A stretch of 64,000 nt of DNA from Nitrosopumilus sp. GTDB lineage: Archaea > Thermoproteota > Nitrososphaeria > Nitrososphaerales > Nitrosopumilaceae. The stretch covers positions 448,001-512,000 of the forward strand of contig OZ245040.1 in the NCBI GenBank assembly GCA_965224195.1, written 5' to 3'. This document shows, piece after piece, positions 19,174 to 28,530 of the stretch; position 1 is the first letter of the stretch, and the number at the start of each line of letters is the position of its first letter. The notes under the pieces were generated by a model that saw only the letters and a list, made by a program, of their open reading frames with translations, had not been told where the DNA came from and ran no database searches. Both the position numbers and the translations under genes were made by a program.

Positions 19174-21345
19174 ATGAAAAAACAATATCTTTTAGGATTT
19201 TTACTTTTACTCACATCAACTATTGGCATGATGCCAAGTAGTGTTTTTGCAGTTGAAGCAATTGATACTGATGGTGATGGTGTACCAAATAATTTGGATC
19301 AATGCCCTAATCTTTTAGAAGACTATGATCCTCAATATGGTAACAACATTGACGGTTGTCCAGCTGATTTTGTTCCATGGTATGATGCAGATTATGACGG
19401 TGTAGAGGATCATGTTGACAATTGCCCTACAGTAAAAGAAACTTACAATAAATTCCAAGATGATGACGGTTGTCCAGATCTATCTCCTGTTGATGCTCAA
19501 GGCATTTATGATACTGATGGCGACAGTTATCCTGATTTCATGGATTTATGTCCAAACCAACCAGAAACTTTCAATGGTATTGATGACAAAGACGGTTGTC
19601 CTGATGATTTTACGAGTGTAACAGATTCTGATCAAGATGGTATCTCTGATACATTAGATGCATGTCCACTAGAACCTGAAACTTACAACAGATATCTTGA
19701 TCTTGATGGTTGCCCTGACAGTGCAGATTCAATCACTTCACAATACGTATTCCCAGATACTGATGGTGATGGTATTGAAGATAGATGGGATCAATGTATT
19801 GATGAACCAGAAAATTATAATGATTATCTAGACCATGACGGTTGTCCTGATATCCTAGGTATTACTTCTTTAGAAGCTCCTGATGCAGATTATGATGGAA
19901 TTCCAGATGATTTAGATGAATGTCCACTAGACCGTGAGAATTACAATAAATTCCAAGATGAAGACGGTTGCCCTGATGTATTACAATTTACAATAACTGG
20001 AGATGCTGATGGTGACGGTATTTTAGATCAAAATGATTCTTGCCCTTTCAGTCCTGAAACTTACAACAGATTCCAAGATAATGACGGTTGTCCAGATTAT
20101 GTAGCAGATAATAGATTTGCATTTGATACTGATGGCGACGGTATTCCTGATAACTTGGATCACTGTCCAAACCAACCAGAAACATATAATGGAATTCTAG
20201 ACCATGACGGTTGTCCAGATGAATTAACATCTAGTTTAGATTCTGATGTTGATGGTATTGTAGATATCTTTGATGCATGTCCACTAGAACCTGAAACTTA
20301 CAACAGATATCTTGATCTTGATGGTTGCCCTGACAGTGCAGATTCAATCACTTCACAATACGTATTCCCAGATACTGATGGTGATGGTATTGAAGATAGA
20401 TGGGATCAATGTATTGATGAACCAGAAAATTATAATGATTATCTAGACCATGACGGTTGTCCAGATATTTCAGGAACTACAGCTGGTGTCATGCTTGATG
20501 CTGACTTTGATGGTTTAGCAGATCATCTAGATAAATGCCCTACTATAGCTGAAAGATACAACAAATTCCAAGATGAAGATGGTTGCCCTGACAGTATAGA
20601 TTATCAAACAATTGGTGATTCAGACAATGATGGTATTTATGACGACTTAGATCAATGCCCTCTTGCTAAAGAAACTTACAACAGATTCCAAGATAATGAC
20701 GGTTGTCCAGATTATGTAGCAGATAATAGATTTGCATTTGATACTGATGGCGACGGTATTCCTGATAACTTGGATCACTGTCCAAACCAACCAGAAATAT
20801 TTAATGGAATTCTAGACCATGACGGTTGTCCAGATGAATTAATATCTAGTTTAGATTCTGATGTTGATGGTATTGTAGATATCTTTGATGCATGTCCACT
20901 AGAACCTGAAACTTACAACAGATATCTTGATCTTGATGGTTGCCCTGACAGTGCAGATTCAATCACTTCACAATACGTATTCCCAGATACTGATGGTGAT
21001 GGTATTGAAGATAGATGGGATCAATGTATTGATGAACCAGAAAATTATAATGATTATCTAGACCATGACGGTTGTCCAGATATTCCAGGTGCACAATCAA
21101 CTACTCCTGTTTATGCAGATTCTGACAGTGATGGATATCCTGATATCAATGATTCATGTCCAACAAGCTCAGAAACTTGGAATAAATATCTAGACTGGGA
21201 TGGTTGCCCGGATACTGCACCTGAACAACAAAGATTTGTTCATGATGATGATTTAGATGACATCATCAACGATGAAGATCTTTGTCCTCTTGATCCTGAA
21301 GATTATGATGGTGACAGAGATTTAGACGGTTGTCCTGATCCTTAG
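19174..21345 (+). CDS. secreted thrombospondin type-3 repeat protein 2
   Basis: Signal peptide MKKQYLLG...; same repeat unit; 205-aa super-repeat. Confidence 0.88.
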   Translation: MKKQYLLGFLLLLTSTIGMMPSSVFAVEAIDTDGDGVPNNLDQCPNLLEDYDPQYGNNIDGCPADFVPWYDADYDGVEDHVDNCPTVKETYNKFQDDDGCPDLSPVDAQGIYDTDGDSYPDFMDLCPNQPETFNGIDDKDGCPDDFTSVTDSDQDGISDTLDACPLEPETYNRYLDLDGCPDSADSITSQYVFPDTDGDGIEDRWDQCIDEPENYNDYLDHDGCPDILGITSLEAPDADYDGIPDDLDECPLDRENYNKFQDEDGCPDVLQFTITGDADGDGILDQNDSCPFSPETYNRFQDNDGCPDYVADNRFAFDTDGDGIPDNLDHCPNQPETYNGILDHDGCPDELTSSLDSDVDGIVDIFDACPLEPETYNRYLDLDGCPDSADSITSQYVFPDTDGDGIEDRWDQCIDEPENYNDYLDHDGCPDISGTTAGVMLDADFDGLADHLDKCPTIAERYNKFQDEDGCPDSIDYQTIGDSDNDGIYDDLDQCPLAKETYNRFQDNDGCPDYVADNRFAFDTDGDGIPDNLDHCPNQPEIFNGILDHDGCPDELISSLDSDVDGIVDIFDACPLEPETYNRYLDLDGCPDSADSITSQYVFPDTDGDGIEDRWDQCIDEPENYNDYLDHDGCPDIPGAQSTTPVYADSDSDGYPDINDSCPTSSETWNKYLDWDGCPDTAPEQQRFVHDDDLDDIINDEDLCPLDPEDYDGDRDLDGCPDP
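19657..21085 (+). repeat. intragenic 615-bp-period direct repeats
   Basis: A ~190-bp block recurs at 19657, 20272 and 20887; 20056-20470 matches 20671-21085 with only a few substitutions. Confidence 0.92.
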
Positions 21346-21428
21346 TACTATTTTACGATCTCAATATTTAGAAGAATCTATTTAACGTGAGACTTAATAG
21401 ATACCTGATAATAGCGGAGTAATATAGA

Positions 21429-23600
21429 ATGAAAAAACAATATCTTTTAGGATTTTTACTTTTACTCACATCAACTATTGGCATGATGCCAAGTAGTGTT
21501 TTTGCTAATGATGAAATTGATACTGATGGTGATGGTGTACCAAATAGTCTTGATTTTTGTCCTAATCTTTTAGAAGACTATGATCCTCAATATGGTAATA
21601 ATGTAGACGGTTGTCCAGCAGACTTTGTTCCATGGTATGATGCAGATTATGATGGAATTCAAGATCATATTGATAATTGTCCAACTGTAAAAGAAAATTA
21701 CAATAAATTCCAAGATGAAGATGGTTGTCCTGATTTGTCTTCTGATGGTACACACGGTATTGCTGATACTGACGGTGATGGTTATCCTGATTTCATGGAT
21801 TTATGTCCAAACCAACCAGAAACTTTCAATGGTATTGATGACAAAGATGGTTGTCCTGATGATTCTATTAGTGCAGCAGATTCTGATCAAGATGGCATCT
21901 CTGATACTTTAGATGCATGTCCATTAGAATCTGAAACTTACAACTTTTATCTTGATCTTGACGGTTGTTCTGACAGTGTTGCTACAGTAGATTCTTCATA
22001 CATATTCCCAGATACTGACGGTGATGGTATTGATGATAGATGGGATCAATGTCTTAATGAACCAGAAAACTATAATGGATTCTTAGATTGGGATGGTTGT
22101 TTTGATGTACCTGGTTCGTTTTCAGATGGTTTAATTGATTCAGATTATGATAGCATTCTTGATTCAGTTGATGCATGTCCACTAGAACGAGAAAATTTTA
22201 ATAAATTCCAAGATGAAGACGGTTGTCCAGATGAAATTGAATTTATTTTTACAGGCGATTCTGACGGTGATGGAATTTTAAATCAATTTGATGTATGTCC
22301 TTATTCACAAGAAACTTACAACCAATATCTTGATCTTGACGGTTGTCCTGACATAATATTTGATAATAAACTTACAACTGATACTGACGATGATGGTATT
22401 CCTGATAATCTAGATCATTGTCCAAACCAACCAGAAACATATAATGGCATTTCTGACGATGATGGTTGTCCAGATAATAATGACTCTACCCTTGATTCGG
22501 ATATGGATGGAATTCTAAACATTAATGATGCATGTCCATCAGAACCTGAAACTTATAATTTTTTCAAAGACGGTGATGGTTGTCCTGATTCAACTGATTC
22601 TGTTGTATCTTCATACGTATTCCCAGATACTGACGGTGATGGTATTGATGATAGATGGGATCAATGTATTGATGAACCAGAAAATTATAATAATTTCTTA
22701 GATACTGATGGATGTCCAGATATACCTGGATTTTCAAAATCTGCCTTATCTGATATTGATTATGATGAAATTCCTGACGAATTTGATTCATGTCCTACAC
22801 TAGCTGAAAGGTATAACAAATTCCAAGATGAAGATGGTTGTCCTGATACAATTGCATATGACTCATTTGGAGATGCTGATTTTGATGGTATTACTGATAA
22901 TATGGATCAATGCCCTGAAGCTAGAGAGACTTACAATCGATATTTAGATGAAGACGGCTGCCCTGATTTGATTCCTGATAATAAATTAGCATTTGATTCA
23001 GATGGCGATGGAATTCCTGATCGTTCAGATTCTTGTCCTGGTCAACCTGAAACTTTTAATGGTGTTGATGACAAAGACGGCTGCCCTGATAAATTTAGAT
23101 TTACCTTGGATTCTGATCAAGATGGAATTGTAGACATCTCTGATACATGTCCACTAGAACCTGAAACTTACAACTTTTATCAAGATGAAGACGGCTGCCC
23201 TGATTCAACTGGTTCTGTTACATCATCATATCTTTTTGCTGATATTGATGGTGATGGAATAGATGATAGATGGGATCAATGCCTTGATGAACAAGAAAAT
23301 TTTAATGGTTATTTAGATTGGGATGGCTGCCCTGATGTGTTGGCAGCAGAGTCTACAACCCCAATAAGACCTGATACTGACGGTGATGGTTACTATGATG
23401 CAATTGATTCATGTCCTACAAATCCTGAAACTTGGAATAAATACAATGATCATGATGGTTGCCCAGATACTGCACCTGAACAACAAAGATTTGTTCATGA
23501 TGATGATTTAGATGACATCATCAACGATGAAGATCTTTGTCCTCTTGATCCTGAAGATTATGATGGTGACAGAGATTTAGACGGTTGTCCAGATAATTAA
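21429..23600 (+). CDS. secreted thrombospondin type-3 repeat protein 3
   Basis: Paralogue of the preceding gene with an identical signal peptide and near-identical C-terminus. Confidence 0.88.
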   Translation: MKKQYLLGFLLLLTSTIGMMPSSVFANDEIDTDGDGVPNSLDFCPNLLEDYDPQYGNNVDGCPADFVPWYDADYDGIQDHIDNCPTVKENYNKFQDEDGCPDLSSDGTHGIADTDGDGYPDFMDLCPNQPETFNGIDDKDGCPDDSISAADSDQDGISDTLDACPLESETYNFYLDLDGCSDSVATVDSSYIFPDTDGDGIDDRWDQCLNEPENYNGFLDWDGCFDVPGSFSDGLIDSDYDSILDSVDACPLERENFNKFQDEDGCPDEIEFIFTGDSDGDGILNQFDVCPYSQETYNQYLDLDGCPDIIFDNKLTTDTDDDGIPDNLDHCPNQPETYNGISDDDGCPDNNDSTLDSDMDGILNINDACPSEPETYNFFKDGDGCPDSTDSVVSSYVFPDTDGDGIDDRWDQCIDEPENYNNFLDTDGCPDIPGFSKSALSDIDYDEIPDEFDSCPTLAERYNKFQDEDGCPDTIAYDSFGDADFDGITDNMDQCPEARETYNRYLDEDGCPDLIPDNKLAFDSDGDGIPDRSDSCPGQPETFNGVDDKDGCPDKFRFTLDSDQDGIVDISDTCPLEPETYNFYQDEDGCPDSTGSVTSSYLFADIDGDGIDDRWDQCLDEQENFNGYLDWDGCPDVLAAESTTPIRPDTDGDGYYDAIDSCPTNPETWNKYNDHDGCPDTAPEQQRFVHDDDLDDIINDEDLCPLDPEDYDGDRDLDGCPDN

Positions 23601-23657
23601 TAGAATTTCCTGATATCTTTTTGAATGATAAATATATTCAGTTTGTAATGTTTAAAT

Positions 23658-24620
23658 ATGCTTCCAAAATTCTCTAGTAGGGCATTTTTAGCACCTATGG
23701 CAGGCGTAAGTGATCCTGCACTTCGTTTACAATGTAAAAAAATGGGTGCTGGATTAGTTGTAACAGAATTTACAAATATTCATAGTATTATCGCAAAAGA
23801 AAGTCAACTTAAAGAAAGAATGAAAACAATTCAAGAATTTATTGAATATTCTGATGAAGAGCGCCCTCTTTCAATTCAATTATTTGGATCTGATCTTTCT
23901 GCGTTAGAAAAAGCTGCAAAAATTGTAGAACCATATTTTGATATTATTGATTATAACATGGGTTGTCCTGCCCCACACATTACACAACAAATGGCAGGTG
24001 GTGCATTACTACAAGAAGTTAATCTAACACAACAAATTTTCAGCACTCTTGTAAATGCTGTAAAAAAACCTGTAACTCTAAAGATTCGTTCAGGAGTTAC
24101 AGATGCAAGTAAATTTCTCTTTAGAGATATAGCAGAAATTGCTGAAGATGAGGGCATTGAAATGATCACATTCCATCCACGAACTGTTAGCCAAGGATAT
24201 TCTGGAACTGCTGATTGGGATTTGATAAAAGAACTTAAAGAAATTTCTAATATTCCAATTGTTGGAAATGGTGATATTACTACTCCTGAGAATGCTAAAA
24301 CTATGATTGATAATACTAATTGTGATTATGTAATGATTGGTAGAGGAGCAATGGGAAATCCTTTCTTGTTTGAACAAATTAATGATTATTTGAAAACTAA
24401 TTCTTACAAGGAATATTCCTTCAAAGACAAACTAGATTCTTTTTTTGATTACTTACATCTGACCAATCAATACAAAATTAAATTTGCAAATATCAAGGGG
24501 CAAGCAATGAGATTTACTAAAGGTATGAAAGGAGGCTCTAAGTTACGTTCAAAAATTACCCTTTCAAAAAATGTTGAAGAACTTGAAAAGATTATGAATG
24601 ATGCATATTCTTCATCTTAG
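23658..24620 (+). CDS. tRNA-dihydrouridine synthase (DusB/NifR3 family)
   Basis: LAPMAGVSD, NMGCP, HPRT, GNGDI, MIGRGAMGNP. Confidence 0.93.
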   Translation: MLPKFSSRAFLAPMAGVSDPALRLQCKKMGAGLVVTEFTNIHSIIAKESQLKERMKTIQEFIEYSDEERPLSIQLFGSDLSALEKAAKIVEPYFDIIDYNMGCPAPHITQQMAGGALLQEVNLTQQIFSTLVNAVKKPVTLKIRSGVTDASKFLFRDIAEIAEDEGIEMITFHPRTVSQGYSGTADWDLIKELKEISNIPIVGNGDITTPENAKTMIDNTNCDYVMIGRGAMGNPFLFEQINDYLKTNSYKEYSFKDKLDSFFDYLHLTNQYKIKFANIKGQAMRFTKGMKGGSKLRSKITLSKNVEELEKIMNDAYSSS

Positions 24621-24761
24621 AAATATTTTAAATAATTTAAAATTGCTTAACATTTGTTTATCATATAAACCCAATTTGGTATTGAATTTTTAAGCAAAGT
24701 GGACTATTCTTATATATTTCAAGAGTGTATTTTATGTATGAAAATAGGAGTCAAATCGTAA

Positions 24762-25001
24762 TTGGCAACAGCTTATGTACTCATAAACTGTGAGCTAGGT
24801 TCTGAAGAATCTGTTATTTCAGAACTAAAATCTATTGAAGGTGTTGTTGAAGTACATGGTACCTTTGGTGCATATGATATTCTAGCTAAAGTAGAATCAA
24901 GTCAAGTAGAGGCTCTTAGAGAGACTATCACATGGAAAATTAGAAAAATCCCAAAAATTAGATCAACACTAACATTAATGGGAATTGAAGGTCAACAATA
25001 A
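24762..25001 (+). CDS. Lrp/AsnC ligand-binding (RAM) domain protein
   Basis: AYVLIN..., GAYDILAKV, IRSTLTL; no HTH. Confidence 0.88.
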   Translation: MATAYVLINCELGSEESVISELKSIEGVVEVHGTFGAYDILAKVESSQVEALRETITWKIRKIPKIRSTLTLMGIEGQQ

Positions 25002-25045
25002 TCTTCAAAATCCTTTGCTTTTATACTCAAATTGTAATACGATAC

Positions 25046-25112
25046 TATCCCTTCAAAAACATGTCCCCCAAAGGGATACCGCCCTGAGAGGTCTATTCAC
25101 CATTCCTCTCAG
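25046..25112 (+). ncRNA. candidate twin-hairpin small RNA
   Basis: Two perfect 8-bp stems (TATCCCTT/AAGGGATA, CTGAGAGG/CCTCTCAG); GC-rich; TTTTATA box at 25019-25025. Confidence 0.45.
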
Positions 25113-25165
25113 CAGTTTAATTATCATTAATTCATGTATTCTATAATTTTGATAAAAGAAAATAA

Positions 25166-25513
25166 TTAGAGGGCTTCAGAACCACTCTTTTTAGATGCGA
25201 TATTTAGAACGCTATCTACACTGGATACAACAATAATGCCATCTCCACCTTTTCCGGTATATGATGCATCAGCAATTGCTGTAGAAATTTTTTCTACATC
25301 TGCGTCGTCGACTATTGTCGAGATAGTTGCAACTTTGTTGTATTCGGCAGTCACTGTACCTGTTCCTCTTCCAGATCTGATTTCTTGTCTTGCTCCGGAA
25401 CCTCTTCCGTTACCTTCTAGAATGGTAAATCCACCAACAAGATCGTTAATCGCATCAGACACTGCGGCTATTTTACTGCCTTGAATAGTTGCCTCAATTC
25501 GTTTCATTTGCAT
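25166..25513 (-). CDS. glnB: P-II family nitrogen regulatory protein
   Basis: MKRIEATI, GRG T-loop, TGKGGDGII B-loop. Confidence 0.88.
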   Translation of the reverse strand: MQMKRIEATIQGSKIAAVSDAINDLVGGFTILEGNGRGSGARQEIRSGRGTGTVTAEYNKVATISTIVDDADVEKISTAIADASYTGKGGDGIIVVSSVDSVLNIASKKSGSEAL

Positions 25514-25634
25514 TCTTTTTTTGGTATTCTTTAAAAAAGATCATATGTTTTTATTCAAATTTTATGATACTATAGATTCTAGTTGGTTATGTCATAATCC
25601 TCTGATCTTTTTAGTATCTGAGAAAAATAAAATT

Positions 25635-25811
25635 ATGAAAAGTGATGAAAAAAGGTCTCATAGACTCAATTATCTCTTAAAGTGTTATCTGTTAAATCCT
25701 AAAGAAGTTGATCTGTACCAAAGAGCAAAACAAATGGGCGTCACTGATTCAACTGCTAAGGACTACATTAGAACAGTCATAATACAAGCTCAAAAAATCT
25801 GTGCAAAATAG
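25635..25811 (+). CDS. small HTH-like hypothetical protein
   Basis: MKSDEKRSHRL...AKQMGVTDSTAKDYI helix-turn-helix-like pattern; ATG at 25635 preferred over the longer ORF. Confidence 0.55.
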   Translation: MKSDEKRSHRLNYLLKCYLLNPKEVDLYQRAKQMGVTDSTAKDYIRTVIIQAQKICAK

Positions 25812-25857
25812 CTATCTGACATATATTCATAAATAATCAATTTGAGAGAAAATACAC

Positions 25858-26553
25858 ATGACAAATCCATTGTTGGATAACGTAAAGGCTCTTTTGGATG
25901 ATGATTTTGGAGATGACAGAATTCTAAAGCAAATTTGTAGAGCATGTGAAAATAATGAAATTATTAGTAATTATGAACGAAATTATGTACGACAGTTAGC
26001 TGAAAAACATCTAGGAAGAAAACCTGAATTTACTCCAACTCCTTCAGTTGTAGAAAAAATATCAATTCCTGATGTTCCAATACCTGAAATTCAACCTATT
26101 CAACAAACCCAATCATTTCAAACTGAAGTACCTCGAATATCATATTCAAAATCAAAAAATAAAAAAATTATGTTTGGTATTGGTGGACTAGCTTTAGTAA
26201 TAATTATTGCAGCAGCAGTTTCTTTTAATGGTCTTCCAACTGGAACTACAATTAATACTCCCTCAAACAATACCCCAATTTCACTGTTAATTCAAACTGA
26301 TTTAGAATCATACAACAAAAAGGATTTAATTTCAATTAGTGGTGAGTCTACCTCTACAGGAACTGTAAATCTTTCAATTAAGAATCAAAATAATGAACTT
26401 GTGTGGGTAGAAAAAATATCATTGAAAAGTGATGGACGATTTTCAACTTTAGCGATTGCAGGAGGTTCAGGATGGGAAAAATCTGGTACTTATACAATTA
26501 CAGTAGATGATGGCAAAGAAATACAATCTGACACGTTTTCATTTACTGCATAA
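25858..26553 (+). CDS. single-pass membrane protein with C-terminal Ig-like domain
   Basis: Central TM helix; ...GTYTITV beta-rich C-terminus. Confidence 0.7.
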   Translation: MTNPLLDNVKALLDDDFGDDRILKQICRACENNEIISNYERNYVRQLAEKHLGRKPEFTPTPSVVEKISIPDVPIPEIQPIQQTQSFQTEVPRISYSKSKNKKIMFGIGGLALVIIIAAAVSFNGLPTGTTINTPSNNTPISLLIQTDLESYNKKDLISISGESTSTGTVNLSIKNQNNELVWVEKISLKSDGRFSTLAIAGGSGWEKSGTYTITVDDGKEIQSDTFSFTA

Positions 26554-26554
26554 A

Positions 26555-27130
26555 TTATTCAAATTCTTTCCAATGTGAATCAACCAAGTCTCGTAATTTT
26601 TCAACACTAATCTCATTCATATATTCACGATAAACTATGAATTTATTTTGTTTACTTGCATCGTCATCATAGATATCTGTAGTGTTATTTGGAATTGCAC
26701 CTGATTTCCATTGATTCATTTCAAAAATCCATATTGTTGAATCTGGGTTAGAAAAATCGATGTCATCACATCCAACAACGTATAGATAACATTTTGTTGC
26801 CATGTTTAATTTTTCATGTAGTTTTTCATATGCTATCATTTGCCCTTTTGCTATGTTGATTTTGTCATTATGAAATCCCTTGAATTCTAAAATGATGAAT
26901 CCTCCTCTATGTTCAATTAACCAGTCAATATCTGTACCACCTGAGGCTATCATACCATGTACAATAAGATCACCTAGAACTTCTCTTCCACGTGTAAACT
27001 CAGATTCGTCAAATATCTGATATTTTGCTTTTGGGCTTTTACGATTGATTTGTTTATCTACTTGTTGAGTTTGAATTGAATTTTCCTTTTCATACAATGT
27101 ATCGATTAAATCTCTTGTTTCATCAGACAT
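26555..27130 (-). CDS. putative PD-(D/E)xK-fold nuclease
   Basis: TDID...ILEFK...GQMIAYE pattern. Confidence 0.55.
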   Translation of the reverse strand: MSDETRDLIDTLYEKENSIQTQQVDKQINRKSPKAKYQIFDESEFTRGREVLGDLIVHGMIASGGTDIDWLIEHRGGFIILEFKGFHNDKINIAKGQMIAYEKLHEKLNMATKCYLYVVGCDDIDFSNPDSTIWIFEMNQWKSGAIPNNTTDIYDDDASKQNKFIVYREYMNEISVEKLRDLVDSHWKEFE

Positions 27131-27201
27131 TATTTTCAGATTTTTTAACTAAATGATAAGAGATTGTGTAAAATTTAGTAAAGTTCTATGATTTTTCTAA
27201 T

Positions 27202-27423
27202 CTATCTACAGAAATATTCATTTCCTGTTCCTTTGTAAAGAACAAAATATTCATTCTGAATCTTTCGATCTTTTTTTGCATTTAGAGCGTCTTGATACAT
27301 TTCAAAATGTTCTACTAGATACAACTGATTGCCAGGTTCTGCAAAATAATCTATCCCAATTAAATCAAAACCTTGTTCAGGAGTTAATTTGATTTTTTCA
27401 TCCTCAAAAATATCTTTAGTCAA
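27202..27423 (-). CDS. hypothetical protein
   Basis: 73-aa ORF co-oriented with and downstream of tbp. Confidence 0.6.
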   Translation of the reverse strand: MTKDIFEDEKIKLTPEQGFDLIGIDYFAEPGNQLYLVEHFEMYQDALNAKKDRKIQNEYFVLYKGTGNEYFCR

Positions 27424-27440
27424 TTTAGTATAATCAAAAA

Positions 27441-28004
27441 TTATTCATCATAAATCATTAGGGATTTTTCTTCTAATAGTGCATGTACATTGTGAACTGA
27501 ACGATAAACATCTGATTCGTTCTTTGCTCCAGTACACACTAATTTTCCTGATGCAAATAACAATAATACTGTTTTTGGATCTACCATTCTATGAATAAGC
27601 CCTGGAAATTGTTCAGGCTCATACATACTTCTAGGTAATGTTCGAGCCGCTTTTTCTAAATGAATTTTTCCACCCAGATTTATTGATGCAACTATATTTT
27701 GAACTGTAATTACTGCATCTTTTTTTATTTTTACTTTACCTTTTCTCAATTGTTGAACAACTGTGTTGACAGCTTTAATTGCCATCTCTTCAGATTTTGC
27801 TCCAGTACATACCATTTTTCCAGTTCTAAAAATTAGAGTTGCAGTTTTGGGCTTTGTTAATCTAAACACAAGTCCTGGAAATTGTTCCGGATGATATTCC
27901 GTATCTGGAAATTTTTTAGTAATTTCAATAAGATCAATTTTTTGGTCTACCGATGCTGATGCCACAACGTTTTCAACACTAACAATAGGCTTGGTTTGAG
28001 GCAT
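27441..28004 (-). CDS. tbp: TATA-box binding protein
   Basis: Two repeats of NVVAS...YxPEQFPGL...GKxVCTGAK. Confidence 0.97.
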   Translation of the reverse strand: MPQTKPIVSVENVVASASVDQKIDLIEITKKFPDTEYHPEQFPGLVFRLTKPKTATLIFRTGKMVCTGAKSEEMAIKAVNTVVQQLRKGKVKIKKDAVITVQNIVASINLGGKIHLEKAARTLPRSMYEPEQFPGLIHRMVDPKTVLLLFASGKLVCTGAKNESDVYRSVHNVHALLEEKSLMIYDE

Positions 28005-28069
28005 AACGAGGGACTTTATATATGGCCTTTATATATACTAGTCAAATTTTTTATTGATTTTCATTTTTT

Positions 28070-28525
28070 CTAATGATGTCCAATCCATTGATAACGATAT
28101 TCTTCATCTATGATGTCTGATACAATTTCTTTGTTTTTGATTTTTGTTTTTGGAATGTTTACATCAAAGATTCCTAATTGACCTTTCCATGGAATTGGAA
28201 TTCGTAATGGTTTAGCATTTTTTAACACAAAACCAAATGTTTTGGTTTGAAATTTTTTTGATGCAAAATGAAATTTTTGATCTGATTTTATTTCTTTTAA
28301 TGAATCATATTTTTTAACATTATACAGCTGTGCTTTGCCAATAATTGCACCTGTGACAAATTTTTTATTAATTTTTAATCTTTTAGAATCTACTGTCCTG
28401 ATTTTCAGCGGAGAATGAATTAAAAATTCTCCACGAAATTTTGTATTCCAATTTCTTAATTCAATTGTCTTTTTTCCTGAAATAATTAAATCAGCAAATG
28501 GTTGTGAAACTGAAAGACATTTCAA
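28070..28525 (-). CDS. ASCH domain protein
   Basis: LSVSQPFADLIISGKKTIELRNW, RGEFLIH, KGQLG. Confidence 0.9.
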   Translation of the reverse strand: MKCLSVSQPFADLIISGKKTIELRNWNTKFRGEFLIHSPLKIRTVDSKRLKINKKFVTGAIIGKAQLYNVKKYDSLKEIKSDQKFHFASKKFQTKTFGFVLKNAKPLRIPIPWKGQLGIFDVNIPKTKIKNKEIVSDIIDEEYRYQWIGHH

Positions 28526-28530
28526 ATCTG

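Noticed and set aside
16726-23600. TSP3 repeats as a CRISPR array or DGR template/variable repeats
   Set aside because: Repeats are in-frame coding units, there is no cas or reverse transcriptase gene in the window, and differences between near-identical copies are not adenine-specific.
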